This document shows positions 48,292-58,872 of a stretch of DNA of 64,000 nt, in pieces. Positions within the stretch are counted from its first letter, which is position 1, and every line of letters starts with the position of its first letter. The notes beneath the pieces are model-generated. The model was not told the origin of the DNA. It saw only the letters and a list, made by a program, of their open reading frames with translations, and did no database searches. This DNA is from an uncultured beta proteobacterium (lineage in GTDB: Bacteria > Pseudomonadota > Gammaproteobacteria > Burkholderiales > SG8-41), in contig CAVOUI010000012.1 of NCBI GenBank assembly GCA_963699525.1, positions 47,839 through 111,838 on the forward strand. Reading direction: 5' to 3'. The translations under genes were made by a program, and so were the position numbers.

Positions 48292-49526
48292 TCATTTGAC
48301 CTCGACCATCCCCACGAAGTTGACCGTGCTGTTGACCATTACGGGGTTACCGTCGGGGGTGACGTCCATCTTGCGCACGATGTAGCCGCCGGAGGGGATC
48401 AGCCACGACTGGAACTGCTCGGACTTCGGGTCGAAGCGCACGATCGTGTTCGGTTTGGCGCCGGATTCGTTGTACCAGACCGCGCCCTTCGTGAAGACGA
48501 TGCCGTAGGGCGCGGACCGCGGCCCGCTCGGTGACGGCCATTCGCTTCACTGCGCCGGTCGCGGGATCGAGCCGGCCGAGGTAGCCGCGCGCGAAGTCCG
48601 CGTACCAGACGATGTCGTCGCCGTCGATGGCGATGCGCCGCGGGCGCGCCTTCGCGTCCGGCAGCGCGTACTCGCGCACCGCGAGCGTCGAGGGATCGAT
48701 GGCCGCGATCTTGTTCGTGCCGAACAGCGCCACGAACGGAATGCCCTTCGAATTGACGATAATGCCGTAGGGGCGGGAGCGCGGCGTCGGCGACGGGATG
48801 AGCTTGATCTCGCCATTGCGCGGGTCGAGCCGCGCCATCAGGTTCGACTGCTGCAGCGTGAACCACAGGATGCCGCTCCGATCGAAATGCAGCGAATGTG
48901 GATCCTTCGCGCTCGGATCGGGCATGGGGTACTCGGTGACCTCGCCGGTCTTCGGATCGAGCTTGCCGATGACCGAGCTGTGATTGCCCGTGAACCAGAT
49001 GTTGCCGTCCCGATCCTCGACCAGGCCGTGCGGCGCGGTCTGCGGCTTGACCGGGTATTCGCGGATCTGCCCGGTCTTCGGGTCCAGGTGCCCGAGCTTA
49101 TTGGAGAGCTGCCCGGTGTACCAGATGGAGCCGTCGCGCGCGGCGAGGGGGTCGTGCGGGCGTGAGCCGGGCGTCGGCACCTGCCATTCGCGGATGTTGA
49201 CCTGCACCGGGCCGGGGATGATTTTCGCCACCGGCATCGGCCGCTCGGGGAAGTTCTTCGACAGGTAGTCGATCATCGGTATGACTTGGTCCGCCGGGAA
49301 TTGGCACACCGAAGTTCATCATCATTCGAACGGTGGTGTGCCAGTACGCCTGCGGGTAGCCGGACGCGGCGACGCGGGCGAGACCGTGACAGCCGCTGCA
49401 GTAGGTCTCGACGGTCTCCTTGCCCGGGCCTTCAGGCAGCTTCACCGGTTTTTGCTGGCCGTGCGCGGGCAAAACCGGCCAAAGCAGAATCGCGGTCAAT
49501 ACGGGAAGAAGCGTCTTGGCAGGCAT
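48292..49526 (-). pseudogene. Periplasmic cytochrome c domain fused to a Vgb-like (virginiamycin B lyase-type) beta-propeller, with frameshifts at ~49300 and ~48540
   Basis: Signal peptide, heme motif CSGCH; blades DGSIWYTG, DGNIWFTG, SGILWFTL; the C-terminus is in a third frame ending at 48292. Confidence 0.6.
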
Positions 49527-49600
49527 AGAAACCTCCATTTCGGCGCGAGTATAGCCGCAATGCGCTGCTGATGATGCGCCGCCGCGGGGCTCGCCGCTGC

Positions 49601-50449
49601 CTACGCCGCCCGGAGCTCGCCCGGCGCGGCGCCACTCAGCAGCCGCACTTCGCGCCGCGGCGGGGGGATGACGATGCCGCGCGCGCGGAACGTCTCGACG
49701 ATGGATTTGCTGATCTCGCCGCCGACCGCGCCGTAGTCGGAGATGCTCGCCCACGGGTAGACGCCGACATTCACGGATGAGTCGGCCAGGAGGGCCACCT
49801 GCGTCACGGGCGCGGGGTCCTTCAGCACCCGGGAATTCGCCTTCAGCACCTCGCGGATCGCCGCAAGAACCCCATTGAGATCGGTGTCGTAGGCCACGCG
49901 GACCTCGACCTGCGCCTGCCGGATCTGCCCGTAGTTGTGCAGGATCTCGCCCACGACCTTGCGGTTGGGAATGACCACCCGCGAGCGGTCCGGGTGCGTC
50001 AACGTCGTGCTGGCGAGGCTGATTTCCGCAACCTGGCCTTCCTCCTTGACGATGGAAATGTACTCGCCGACGCGGAACGGCCGGGTCAGGATGATGGTCA
50101 GGCCGGCGACCAGGTTGGAGAGCACGCCTTGCATGGCGAGGGCGACGCCCGCGCCCGCCACGCCCAGGCCCGCGATGAGCGGGAGCAGTTCCACTCCCAG
50201 GTTCTGCAGCGCCATGATCGCGAACACGAGCAGCACCAGCACCCGCACGATGTTCAGCATGAGCTGACGCACCGGCGGCTCGAACTCGAACGGCCGCATC
50301 GCGCGCCCGGTCACCCCGGCTATCCAGCGCGCGACGTAGAAGCCGGCCACCATGATGATGATCGCGACCAGCAGTTTCGGGCCGAACCTCATTCCGAGGT
50401 CGATGGCCATGCTCTTCACCTGATCCAGTGCTGCGAGATTGGGGTCCAT
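49601..50449 (-). CDS. Mechanosensitive ion channel (MscS family)
   Basis: TM3 GLGVAGAGVALA plus a beta domain. Confidence 0.8.
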   Translation of the reverse strand: MDPNLAALDQVKSMAIDLGMRFGPKLLVAIIIMVAGFYVARWIAGVTGRAMRPFEFEPPVRQLMLNIVRVLVLLVFAIMALQNLGVELLPLIAGLGVAGAGVALAMQGVLSNLVAGLTIILTRPFRVGEYISIVKEEGQVAEISLASTTLTHPDRSRVVIPNRKVVGEILHNYGQIRQAQVEVRVAYDTDLNGVLAAIREVLKANSRVLKDPAPVTQVALLADSSVNVGVYPWASISDYGAVGGEISKSIVETFRARGIVIPPPRREVRLLSGAAPGELRAA

Positions 50450-50886
50450 GGGAGATCCTTTCCGGTTAGGTCCAACGGCGTGCATTCTATCCGCACCGCC
50501 GGGGCGCGCTGCGGCCCGCCCATGGAACGCTTGAGCCAGATCAAGACCGGATCCACGGGACGTGGGCGCTCGAGGCGGTGTCGAGCGCGTCGCCGGCCAG
50601 CGCGCCAATGGAACCTGGGACACGGTGAAATGGCTGGTCGAGAAGACCCACGCGCACGTTCACGGTGAAATACTGGTTGCGGACAGCGCGGAAGCGCGCA
50701 AACTTCTGCGCAGCCTCGGGTCCGCGCCGGTGCGTGTCAGGGGCGACCGGTTCCGGGCTGCGCCGCGCGTCAACATTCCCGAAAGCGAGAAGCCGACGCC
50801 GAGGCAGCGACGCGCGTGGCGGCGCAGGCGGAGGGAATGAAACGCGCGTTGCCCGTGCAGACCCGGAACGAAAACCAGGCGAGGAC

Positions 50887-51243
50887 TCAGTGCTTGGGCT
50901 TGATACAGCCGGCGAATGATTGGACCGCAATCCTCCCATCGCGCACGACGAACGTGTCCGTGACGAGTTCGTACACGTTGTCGGCGGTCTCTGCCGACCA
51001 CAGGATGTATCCATGGTCGCCCTCGACCGACAGGTGTTTCAGGTTGAACGCTGCACCCGGCTTTCCAAATTCCGCGAGCATCGCCTGGAACAACGGTCGG
51101 ATTGCGCCGACGCCCCTCAAGGGACCCTCCGGCGTGAACAGTACGGCGTCCGGCGCATAATCAGACAGGATGCCTCCGAGGTCACGCGCGCCAAAGCATT
51201 TCAGGTGGTTGTCGATCACGTCCCGGGTTGAGCGCTTTGTCAT
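50887..51243 (-). CDS. SnoaL-like (NTF2 superfamily) protein
   Basis: 118 aa. Confidence 0.6.
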   Translation of the reverse strand: MTKRSTRDVIDNHLKCFGARDLGGILSDYAPDAVLFTPEGPLRGVGAIRPLFQAMLAEFGKPGAAFNLKHLSVEGDHGYILWSAETADNVYELVTDTFVVRDGRIAVQSFAGCIKPKH

Positions 51244-51251
51244 GACGAGCC

Positions 51252-52121
51252 TCAACGCTTGGTAATGACGACTTCCAGATACTCGCCCGGAACGACCAGC
51301 GACGCGGATCCCGCCGTGTTGAGCCGGTTGAGCAGCGCCGCAATGTCCTGAGCGAGCGCCGCTTGCCGTGCGGGGTCGAGCGCCGCGAACGCCTTGTGCG
51401 TCGGCCCGTAGTAGTCGCGGAAGATCTGCAGCCAGTGCGCCACCGAGTGATAGCGGAAGTTGAAGTTCCTGCGCTCGGCGCGGATGTCCGTGGCCTGGGC
51501 GCCGAACAGGTCGGCGATGTGCGCCTCGGTGCCCCACAGCGCGGGCGATTTCAGGCCCTCGGGCGCCGGCAGGTAGGCGCCAATGACCTTGAACAACTGC
51601 CCGATGAAGCCTTCCGGGGTCCAGTTGGCGAGCCCGATGCGGCCGCCGGCGCGCACCACGCGCAGCATCTCGCGCGCGGGCCGCGTGTGGTCGGGAGTGA
51701 ACATCGCGCCGAACGTGGAGAGCACCACGTCGTAGGTTCCGTCAGCGAATGGCAGGTCTTCCGCGTCCGCCACCTGGAATTGGACGTCCAGTCCCTCGGC
51801 CTTCGCCCGCGCTGCCCCTTTGTCGAGCAGGTGCGGCACGTAATCGGTGGAGGTCACCCGCGCGAAGCGGCGGGCGGCCGCCAGGGTGGCGTTGCCGTTG
51901 CCGGCTGCGACGTCCAGCACGCGCTCGCCGGCGCGCACGTCGGCCGCCTCCGCCAGCGACTCGCCGACGATCTGCAGCGTCGTGCCGATGACCGCGAAGT
52001 CGCCGCTCGCCCAGGTGGCCTGCTGGCGTTGCTTGATCGCGTTGAAATCAACCCCGGGTTTCATGACAGTCGGCGCCTTCGCCGGGGCGGCTGGTGCGCG
52101 AACTTCCAGTTCAAGACTCAT
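51252..52121 (-). CDS. Class I SAM-dependent methyltransferase
   Basis: VLDVAAGNGN motif I; AGGAG Shine-Dalgarno. Confidence 0.8.
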   Translation of the reverse strand: MSLELEVRAPAAPAKAPTVMKPGVDFNAIKQRQQATWASGDFAVIGTTLQIVGESLAEAADVRAGERVLDVAAGNGNATLAAARRFARVTSTDYVPHLLDKGAARAKAEGLDVQFQVADAEDLPFADGTYDVVLSTFGAMFTPDHTRPAREMLRVVRAGGRIGLANWTPEGFIGQLFKVIGAYLPAPEGLKSPALWGTEAHIADLFGAQATDIRAERRNFNFRYHSVAHWLQIFRDYYGPTHKAFAALDPARQAALAQDIAALLNRLNTAGSASLVVPGEYLEVVITKR

Positions 52122-52200
52122 GTGCGTGCTCCTGGTTATGGTTGCCCGGGGCTTCCGGCCCCGGAACGGTGGATCCGCAAACGCGGTTTCCATGCGCTCG

Positions 52201-52295
52201 TTTCGTGAGCGGCAGTATCGCGGGAGACGGCCGGCGGGTGTTGATCGTGCGTCCGGCATTTTTGCGCGGGACTCCGGACTTCCGGATCGCGCGGC
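52201..52295. promoter_or_regulatory. Repeated intergenic element, copy A (TCCGG inverted repeats), upstream of the methyltransferase
   Basis: ~85% identical to 54785-54872; GTCCGGC-N15-ACTCCGGACTTCCGGAT. Confidence 0.5.
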
Positions 52296-52310
52296 CGGAT
52301 CGCAGGAGGG

Positions 52311-52880
52311 CTACAGATTCCAGCGGTACGGGTAGTCCATCTGGGTCGCAATTCGGTCACGCGCATCCGAACCCGCCAGTCTCTGCACCAGGTGCAGGCC
52401 CATATCGATGGCAGATGAAACGCCGCGTGCGGTAACGATGTCCCCTTCGTCGACTACCCGTTCGCGCACGACCACGCGACAATAGGGCTCGAGCTCCTCA
52501 TAGGCGCTGGGATGTGTTGTCGCACGCCGGCCTTGAAGAAACCCTGCGGCTCCCAGCAGCAGAGCGCCGGTGCAGACCGAAACCTTCAGTGGCACTGACC
52601 GGGCCGCTTTGAGCCAGTCGATGAACGCACGGTCATGCTGCAGGTCCCGGGTGCCGAAGCCGCCGGGCACAAAAAGCATGTCGTAGGAATCGAGGCGCTC
52701 GTTTACCGCGTCCGCTTCGATACGCAGGCCCCGATCATCGACGACGCGCCGCGTCGGTGCGCAGATGCGCCATTCGAAATCGTCGATGATCTTCATGGAT
52801 TTCAGGCGCGTCATGGGGTCGTAGAATCCGATGAAATCCAGAGACGTCATGCGGTCGAATACGACGAAAGCGGCTTTCAT
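52311..52880 (-). CDS. DJ-1/PfpI-family protein
   Basis: Nucleophile elbow VCTGALLLG. Confidence 0.8.
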   Translation of the reverse strand: MKAAFVVFDRMTSLDFIGFYDPMTRLKSMKIIDDFEWRICAPTRRVVDDRGLRIEADAVNERLDSYDMLFVPGGFGTRDLQHDRAFIDWLKAARSVPLKVSVCTGALLLGAAGFLQGRRATTHPSAYEELEPYCRVVVRERVVDEGDIVTARGVSSAIDMGLHLVQRLAGSDARDRIATQMDYPYRWNL

Positions 52881-52954
52881 ACATTGGCCCTCTCTACCTG
52901 GAGTGCGCCCCAACGTGAGCCGTGTTGGTGGCGTTGTGAGCCGTCACTCGCGCG

Positions 52955-53263
52955 CTACCGTTTCTCGGGCGGTATGGTTCTGATCGAAGCTGAGAACGCC
53001 GCGTGAGCTGCCGGCTCGACCGGTCTATGCCTGACCCGGGTGCTCGCTGGATCCTTGCCGAGGAAGTTGTCGCCTTTCCAGTTCCTCGACGGCCTGATCG
53101 GCCTGGGAACAAAACCACCGCCGCAGTTCGGGCAGACGTTTCCCAGGACATTCTCGACACACGTCGCGCAAAACGTGCACTCGTAGCTGCAGATGCGCGC
53201 TTCGAGCGAGTCGGGTGGCAGAGCCTTGTTGCAATGCTCGCACGTGGGCCTGAGCTCCAGCAT
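52955..53263 (-). CDS. DUF1272 zinc-ribbon protein
   Basis: CEHC...C..C...CPNC. Confidence 0.6.
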   Translation of the reverse strand: MLELRPTCEHCNKALPPDSLEARICSYECTFCATCVENVLGNVCPNCGGGFVPRPIRPSRNWKGDNFLGKDPASTRVRHRPVEPAAHAAFSASIRTIPPEKR

Positions 53264-53291
53264 GGTGCGCTCCTCGCCGCGTCACGGTCTC

Positions 53292-54704
53292 TCAGGCCGG
53301 GATGATATTCTGGTTCACGCTGAACAGGTTGGCCGGGTCGTAGGTGCGCTTCACCTGGGCGAGGCGATCGTAGTTCGGACCATAGGCGCTGCGCACGCGC
53401 TCACCCTCATCGGCAGTGAGAAAATTGACGTAGACGCCGCCGCTGGCGTACGGCGCCGAGGCCTTGAAGAAATCGCGCGCCCAGCCGATGCCGCGCTCGT
53501 CGTCAGAGGGGTCATCCCAGCGGCCGTGGACGTTCATGACGAAACGGGTGTCGCGGTGGGCGTACGCCGCGGCGCCGGGCGCCGGCCGGGTGGTGGCGCC
53601 GCCGAGGGCAGCCAGGAAGATCTCGCACTGGGCCGACGGCAGCTTCCCGGCGTACTCGATGACGGCTTCGAACAGCCTGTCGTCGAGCACCGAGAAATTG
53701 TGGGACTTCCAGTAGTTGCGTGCCCCGGCCGTTAGGAGCGGGTCGAAGGCCTGCTGCCAAGCCGCGTAGGGCTGCACGCCCACGTGCTCGCCGACAACGG
53801 TGCCGAACTTGCGCAGCGGTGCGATGAGCGGCTCGCCCTGAACCGGATCTCCCGCGTAAAAAACCGCGAGCGCGATGATCTCCTTGCCGTGCATCTTCTC
53901 CGGGAGAAACGGCAGGGGAGGGGCCCGGCGCACGACGGCCCACACGGTGAGCTCGTCCGGCGCCGTCGCCATGAATTCGCGATACCGCCGCAACACCAGC
54001 TTCGCCTGAGAAAGCGGGTAGACGATGAGCCCGCTCAGCACATTCGGGCCGACGGCGTGGAGCCTGAATTCGAAGCGGGTGATGACGCCGAAATTGCCGC
54101 CGCCACCCCGGATGGCCCAGAAGAGGTCGGGATGCTCCGTCGCACTGACGCGCACCACCTCGCCGGCTGCGGTCACGACCTCGGCGGATTCGAGGTTATC
54201 GATGGTCATGCCGTACTTGCGGCTGAGCCAGCCGAACCCGCCGCCGAGCGTCAGGCCGGCAATGCCGGTGGTGGAGTTGATGCCTACCGGCGTGGCGAGG
54301 CCGTGGGCCTGCGTGGCAGCGTCGAGGTCTGCGAGCGTGGCGCCGGCCTCGATGGTGACGCGGCGCGAGCCCGGGTCGACGTCGGCGGCCTTCATCTGCG
54401 ACAGGTCGATCACGATACCGTCGTCGCACACGGCATTGCCGGCGATGTTGTGCCCGCCACCGCGCACGGCGAGCGGGAGTCCATTGTCCCGAGCGAAGTT
54501 GACCGCGCGGACGACGTCCGACGTGGAGGCACAGCGGACGATGAGCGCGGGGTGCTTGTCGATCATTGCATTCCAAATCTTGCGCGCGGCTTCATAGGCA
54601 CCGTCGTGCGGAAGAACAACGTGCCCGTTGAGGGCCCGTTTCAACTCTTCAATTCTGGCGGCGAGTTGCCGCGGCGGCGCGGCCTTGACAGCAGTAATCG
54701 ACAT
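53292..54704 (-). CDS. FAD-binding (BBE/PCMH-type) oxidoreductase
   Basis: FAD_binding_4 core (AVRGGGHN) plus a BBE-like C-terminus; GAGGAA Shine-Dalgarno. Confidence 0.8.
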   Translation of the reverse strand: MSITAVKAAPPRQLAARIEELKRALNGHVVLPHDGAYEAARKIWNAMIDKHPALIVRCASTSDVVRAVNFARDNGLPLAVRGGGHNIAGNAVCDDGIVIDLSQMKAADVDPGSRRVTIEAGATLADLDAATQAHGLATPVGINSTTGIAGLTLGGGFGWLSRKYGMTIDNLESAEVVTAAGEVVRVSATEHPDLFWAIRGGGGNFGVITRFEFRLHAVGPNVLSGLIVYPLSQAKLVLRRYREFMATAPDELTVWAVVRRAPPLPFLPEKMHGKEIIALAVFYAGDPVQGEPLIAPLRKFGTVVGEHVGVQPYAAWQQAFDPLLTAGARNYWKSHNFSVLDDRLFEAVIEYAGKLPSAQCEIFLAALGGATTRPAPGAAAYAHRDTRFVMNVHGRWDDPSDDERGIGWARDFFKASAPYASGGVYVNFLTADEGERVRSAYGPNYDRLAQVKRTYDPANLFSVNQNIIPA

Positions 54705-54784
54705 GTTTGTTCCTCTATATGTGGTGGTTGTCCGGAGCCCCGGCCCGAACCGGCGCCATCGCGAGCGACGTGTCCGCGTGCCTG

Positions 54785-54872
54785 TTTTCGGGAACGGCAG
54801 TATTGCGGAGTCCGGGTGACGCGAGTTGATCGAGCGTCCGGCGTTTTTGCGCGTGACCCCGGACTTCCGGAT
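54785..54872. promoter_or_regulatory. Repeated intergenic element, copy B, in the divergent FAD-oxidase/AraC intergenic region
   Basis: See copy A. Confidence 0.5.
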
Positions 54873-54882
54873 AATTCGCGGT

Positions 54883-55869
54883 ATGGACGCCCTTTCCGAT
54901 GCACTCCGAGTGCTGCGGCTGACCGGCGCGGTGTTCCTCGACGCGGAATTCACCGCGCCCTGGTGCGTCGTCTCCCAGTCCGGCCATTCGACTTCGCCGG
55001 TCTTGTCCGGCGGGGCCAACATCGTGTTCTTTCACGTGCTCACCGAGGGGCGCTGCAAGGCGCGGCTCGTGACCGGCGGGGAGACGCTGGAATTCGCGGC
55101 GGGTGACCTGGTCATGCTGCCGCGCGACGACACGCATCTTCTCGGCAGCGATCTGCACCTGGCGCCGACGCTGGCCGATACCCTGGTGCAACCTGCGGCG
55201 GACGGCGAGTTGATGCGCATCGAGCACGGCGGCGGCGGCGAGAGGACCCGCTTCGTCTGCGGTTTTCTCCGCTGCGACCAGCGCCTGTGCGGGCCGATGC
55301 TGGAGACGCTGCCGCGGCTCCTGCGCGTGCCGCTGGGCGACGGCCCCGCCACCGCCTGGCTGACGAGCTTGCTCCACGCGGGAACACGGGAAACCTCCGC
55401 ACCCCGGCCCGGCGGGGAGACCGTGCTCGCGAAGCTCTCGGAGCTGCTCTTCGTCGAGGCGTTGCGCCGCTACATCGAGTTACTGCCTGATCAGCAGACC
55501 GGATGGCTCGCCGGCTTGCGCGACCGTTTCGTGGGCCGCGCGCTCGCGCTGATGCACGAGCGCCCCGAGCGCGACTGGACGGTGGAGGAGCTTGCCGCGG
55601 CCGTCGGCCTGTCGCGCTCAGCGCTCGCTCAGCGGTTCACCGATTTCATCGGGCAGCCGCCGATGCAGTACTTGACGCGCTGGCGGCTCACCATCGCCGC
55701 GCAGAGGCTGCGCAGCGAGAAGGCGAGCCTCGCGCGCATCGCGGAGGACAGCGGCTACGATTCGGAAGCGGCGTTCAACCGCGCCTTCAAACGCGCGCTC
55801 GGCACCACGCCGGCGGCGTGGCGCAGGGGCGGCCGCGCGGGACACGCGTCACGCGTCGCCCATCACTAA
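54883..55869 (+). CDS. AraC-family transcriptional regulator (cupin N-terminus plus HTH)
   Basis: C-terminal AraC HTH (GYDSEAAFNRAFKRALGTTP). Confidence 0.85.
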   Translation: MDALSDALRVLRLTGAVFLDAEFTAPWCVVSQSGHSTSPVLSGGANIVFFHVLTEGRCKARLVTGGETLEFAAGDLVMLPRDDTHLLGSDLHLAPTLADTLVQPAADGELMRIEHGGGGERTRFVCGFLRCDQRLCGPMLETLPRLLRVPLGDGPATAWLTSLLHAGTRETSAPRPGGETVLAKLSELLFVEALRRYIELLPDQQTGWLAGLRDRFVGRALALMHERPERDWTVEELAAAVGLSRSALAQRFTDFIGQPPMQYLTRWRLTIAAQRLRSEKASLARIAEDSGYDSEAAFNRAFKRALGTTPAAWRRGGRAGHASRVAHH

Positions 55870-55872
55870 TCG

Positions 55873-56776
55873 CTACTTTCGTAACCGATACCACGGATGC
55901 GGCTGCCCCGGCAGCTTGACTCGCAGGGTGTAGACCGAGGTATACGCGCAGCAGAAGAGCGTCCGCAGGTCCGGGCCGCCGAACGCAAAGTTCACCGCCT
56001 GCTCGGGGAAGCGGATGATCCCGATGCGCTTTCCGCCGGGGGTGAAGACCCAGATGCCGCCCGGCCCGGTGCAGTAGACGCGCCCCTGCGAGTCGACCTT
56101 CAGCCCGTCGGGGATGCCGCGCTCCGTGCCCTCGTTCATGTCGGCGAAGATGCGCCGGCCCGTCATGGTTGCCCGCGGCGTCGAGCTCGATTGCGTGGAT
56201 GTATTTCGAGGAGCGGGTATTGGCGACGTAGAGCGTGCGCTCGTCCGGCGAGAACGCGAGGCCGTTCGGATACTCGCAGTGCGCCGCGACACTCACGGCG
56301 CCATCGGGCGCGACGCGATAGACGCAGGCGCCGTCCCAGAGATTGTCGATGCCGGCCGGGCCGGGTATTTCCCGCTCGGCGTAGGGCACGCGCTTGTCCG
56401 GGTCGGTGAAATAGAGGCTGCCGTCGGAGCGGCACACCACGTCGTTCGGGCGGTTGAAGCGCCCGCCCTGGTAGCGATCGGCCACGATGACGACCTTGCC
56501 GTCGGGTCCGGTGCGCGTGACCTTGCGGCCGTCGCCCTCGCACACGATGAGGTTGCCCTTCAGGTCGAACGTGGTGCCGTTGCCCCCCTCCGTTTTGCGG
56601 ACGAGGTCGGGTGCTTGCCCGGGGCGGATCCGGTGCAGGTGATTGCGCCGGAGATCCACGAAGTACCAGTAGCCGTCCGGGTGCCACAGCGGCCCTTCCG
56701 TGAAAATGAACCCCGTCGCGAGGCGCTCGGCTTCGACGGTCTCCAGGACATCGGGAAGATAGTTCGCGGCAGACAT
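55873..56776 (-). pseudogene. SMP-30/gluconolactonase/LRE-family protein, frameshift at ~56160
   Basis: N-terminal 200 aa in ORF 55787-56776; the C-terminus is in the 55873-56292 frame. Confidence 0.65.
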
Positions 56777-56917
56777 GCGGATTCCTTTCTCGGGAGAGGG
56801 GAGTTTATCGGTTCGCCCGATTTCTCGCTGGCCCCGTCCGGCGGATCGAGGTAGATTCTGGGGCCGTGAAGCGCGTGGCCGCTGGAAACACTTGATCGGT
56901 CACCGCGGGCGGACCGG

Positions 56918-58165
56918 ATGAGCGAAGCGGAAGCGGGACAGGTGCGCGAGACGGTGGCCGCCGTCTACCGGTCGGAGTCGCGTCGCGTCTTCGCCACTCT
57001 CATCCGCCTGCTCGGCGACTTCGATCTCGCGGAGGAGGCGCTGCACGAGGCCTTCCGGGCGGCGCTCGAGCAGTGGCCGCGCGAGGGCATCCCCGCGAAT
57101 CCCCGCGCGTGGCTCGTGTCGGCCGGCCGCTTCAAGGCGATCGACGGAATCCGCCGCAACGCGCGGTTCGATCCGCTCGACGAGGACGCCGAGAACATTG
57201 CGGGGAATGACGATCCGGAGTCGTGGGCGGCTGACGAAATCGAGGACGACCGGCTGCGGCTGATCTTCACCTGCTGCCACCCGGCCCTCCCGCCGGACGC
57301 CCAGGTGGCGCTGACGCTGCGCGAGGTGTGCGGCCTAACGACCGAGGAGATCGCGCACGCCTTTCTCACTGCCGCGCCGACCCTTGCACAGCGCATCGTG
57401 CGCGCGAAGGGAAAGATCCGCGACGCGAAGATTCCCTACCAGGTCCCGGCGCAGGCGGACCTGCCGGAGCGGCTGGACAGCGTGCTGCGCGTGATCTACC
57501 TGGTGTTCAATGAGGGCTATTCCGCATCGTCGGGAGCGACGCTCACGCGGCACGACCTGTCGGGCGAGGCGATTCGCCTTGCGCGGCTGCTGGTCGAGCT
57601 GCTGCCGGAGCCCGAGGCAATCGGGCTGCTCGCGCTGATGCTGCTCCACGAATCGCGCCGTGCCGCGCGCGCCTCAGCGACGGGCGACCTGATCCTGCTG
57701 GAGGAGCAGAACCGCACGCTTTGGGACCGGGACATGATTGCCGAAGGCACGGCGCTGGTGGAAAGGGCGCTTGCAACACGCCGCATGGGTCCGTATACGC
57801 TGCAGGCGGCGATCTCCGCGGTGCACGCCGGGGCGACTCGGGCGGACGCGACGGATTGGGCGCAGATCGTGGGCCTGTACGACGTGCTGGCGCGAGTCGA
57901 GCCCTCGCCGGTCGTCGAACTCAATCGCGCGGTGGCGGTCGCAATGCGCGACGGTCCCGAGCCCGGCCTCGCGCTGATCGACGCGATCCTCACGCGCGGG
58001 GAGCTCGCGGACTATCGCCTCGCGCACGCGGCGCGGGCGGATCTGTGCCGACGGCTCGGGAGGACGGCCGAGGCCAGGGCTTCCTACGAACGCGCGCTCG
58101 CGTTGACGCACGGCGAGCCGGAACGGCGCTTCCTCCAGGGCCGGTTGGTTGAACTTAAGAAATAA
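56918..58165 (+). CDS. ECF-type sigma-70 family factor with a long C-terminal extension (415 aa)
   Basis: Sigma-2 and sigma-4 regions plus a ~230-aa C-terminal domain. Confidence 0.8.
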   Translation: MSEAEAGQVRETVAAVYRSESRRVFATLIRLLGDFDLAEEALHEAFRAALEQWPREGIPANPRAWLVSAGRFKAIDGIRRNARFDPLDEDAENIAGNDDPESWAADEIEDDRLRLIFTCCHPALPPDAQVALTLREVCGLTTEEIAHAFLTAAPTLAQRIVRAKGKIRDAKIPYQVPAQADLPERLDSVLRVIYLVFNEGYSASSGATLTRHDLSGEAIRLARLLVELLPEPEAIGLLALMLLHESRRAARASATGDLILLEEQNRTLWDRDMIAEGTALVERALATRRMGPYTLQAAISAVHAGATRADATDWAQIVGLYDVLARVEPSPVVELNRAVAVAMRDGPEPGLALIDAILTRGELADYRLAHAARADLCRRLGRTAEARASYERALALTHGEPERRFLQGRLVELKK

Positions 58166-58241
58166 TTCGGCAGTCTGTCGAATCTGCCGGCCCCTCAACG
58201 ACTAGGGAGCAGGAGCAAACCTAAGCTGAGGAGAAAAACGT

Positions 58242-58676
58242 ATGCGATTCATGATCTTGGTGAAAGCGACGCGGGACACAGAGGCGGGCCGGTTCCCGCG
58301 GGACAAGGAGCAGCTGTTCGCCGACATGGCTGCGTACCATGAGGAGCTGCAGAAAGCCGGTGCGCTGCTCGACGGGTCGGGGCTGCAGCCAAGCGCCAAG
58401 GGCTGGCGGGTGAAATACTCGGGCGAGAAGCGTACTTTCGTGGACGGACCCTTCGCGGAGACCAAGGAGCTTGTCGCGGGCTACACGCTGATTCAGGTGA
58501 AGTCGCTGCAGGAAGCGATCGAGTGGACCAAGCGCTTTCCCAACCCCGCCGGACGGAACGGCAAAGCCGAGATCGAGGCGCGCCAGCTTTACGAGCTGGA
58601 GGATTTCGAGCCCGTGCTCGGCAAGGACTCGGATGCGATTGAACGCTTCCGCGAGATGGGCATCGGGACGAAGTAA
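58242..58676 (+). CDS. YciI-like (YCII-related, DGPF) domain protein
   Basis: [14 protein letters not shown]. Confidence 0.75.
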   Translation: MRFMILVKATRDTEAGRFPRDKEQLFADMAAYHEELQKAGALLDGSGLQPSAKGWRVKYSGEKRTFVDGPFAETKELVAGYTLIQVKSLQEAIEWTKRFPNPAGRNGKAEIEARQLYELEDFEPVLGKDSDAIERFREMGIGTK

Positions 58677-58704
58677 TAGGGATCGGTACGGGGAGCACGA
58701 CGCC

Positions 58705-58815
58705 ATGCAGAAAATCACGCCTTTCCTGTGGTTCGACAGCCAGGCGGAAGAGGCCGTGAACTTCTATGTCTCGATCTTCAAGAATTCGAAGATTGCTGCA
58801 AATGTCCAGGATTGA
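58705..58815 (+). pseudogene. N-terminal 36-aa fragment of a PhnB/VOC-like protein (truncated)
   Basis: [21 protein letters not shown] followed by an early stop. Confidence 0.4.
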
Positions 58816-58872
58816 CATTGGTGCCCTGCAGCGGGCGCTCGCCGGCAATTGAATCAGAAAAAGAGAGGGCCC

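Noticed and set aside
50562-50840. 92-aa plus-strand ORF
   Set aside because: No Shine-Dalgarno, Arg-rich tail, no recognisable family; left uncalled.
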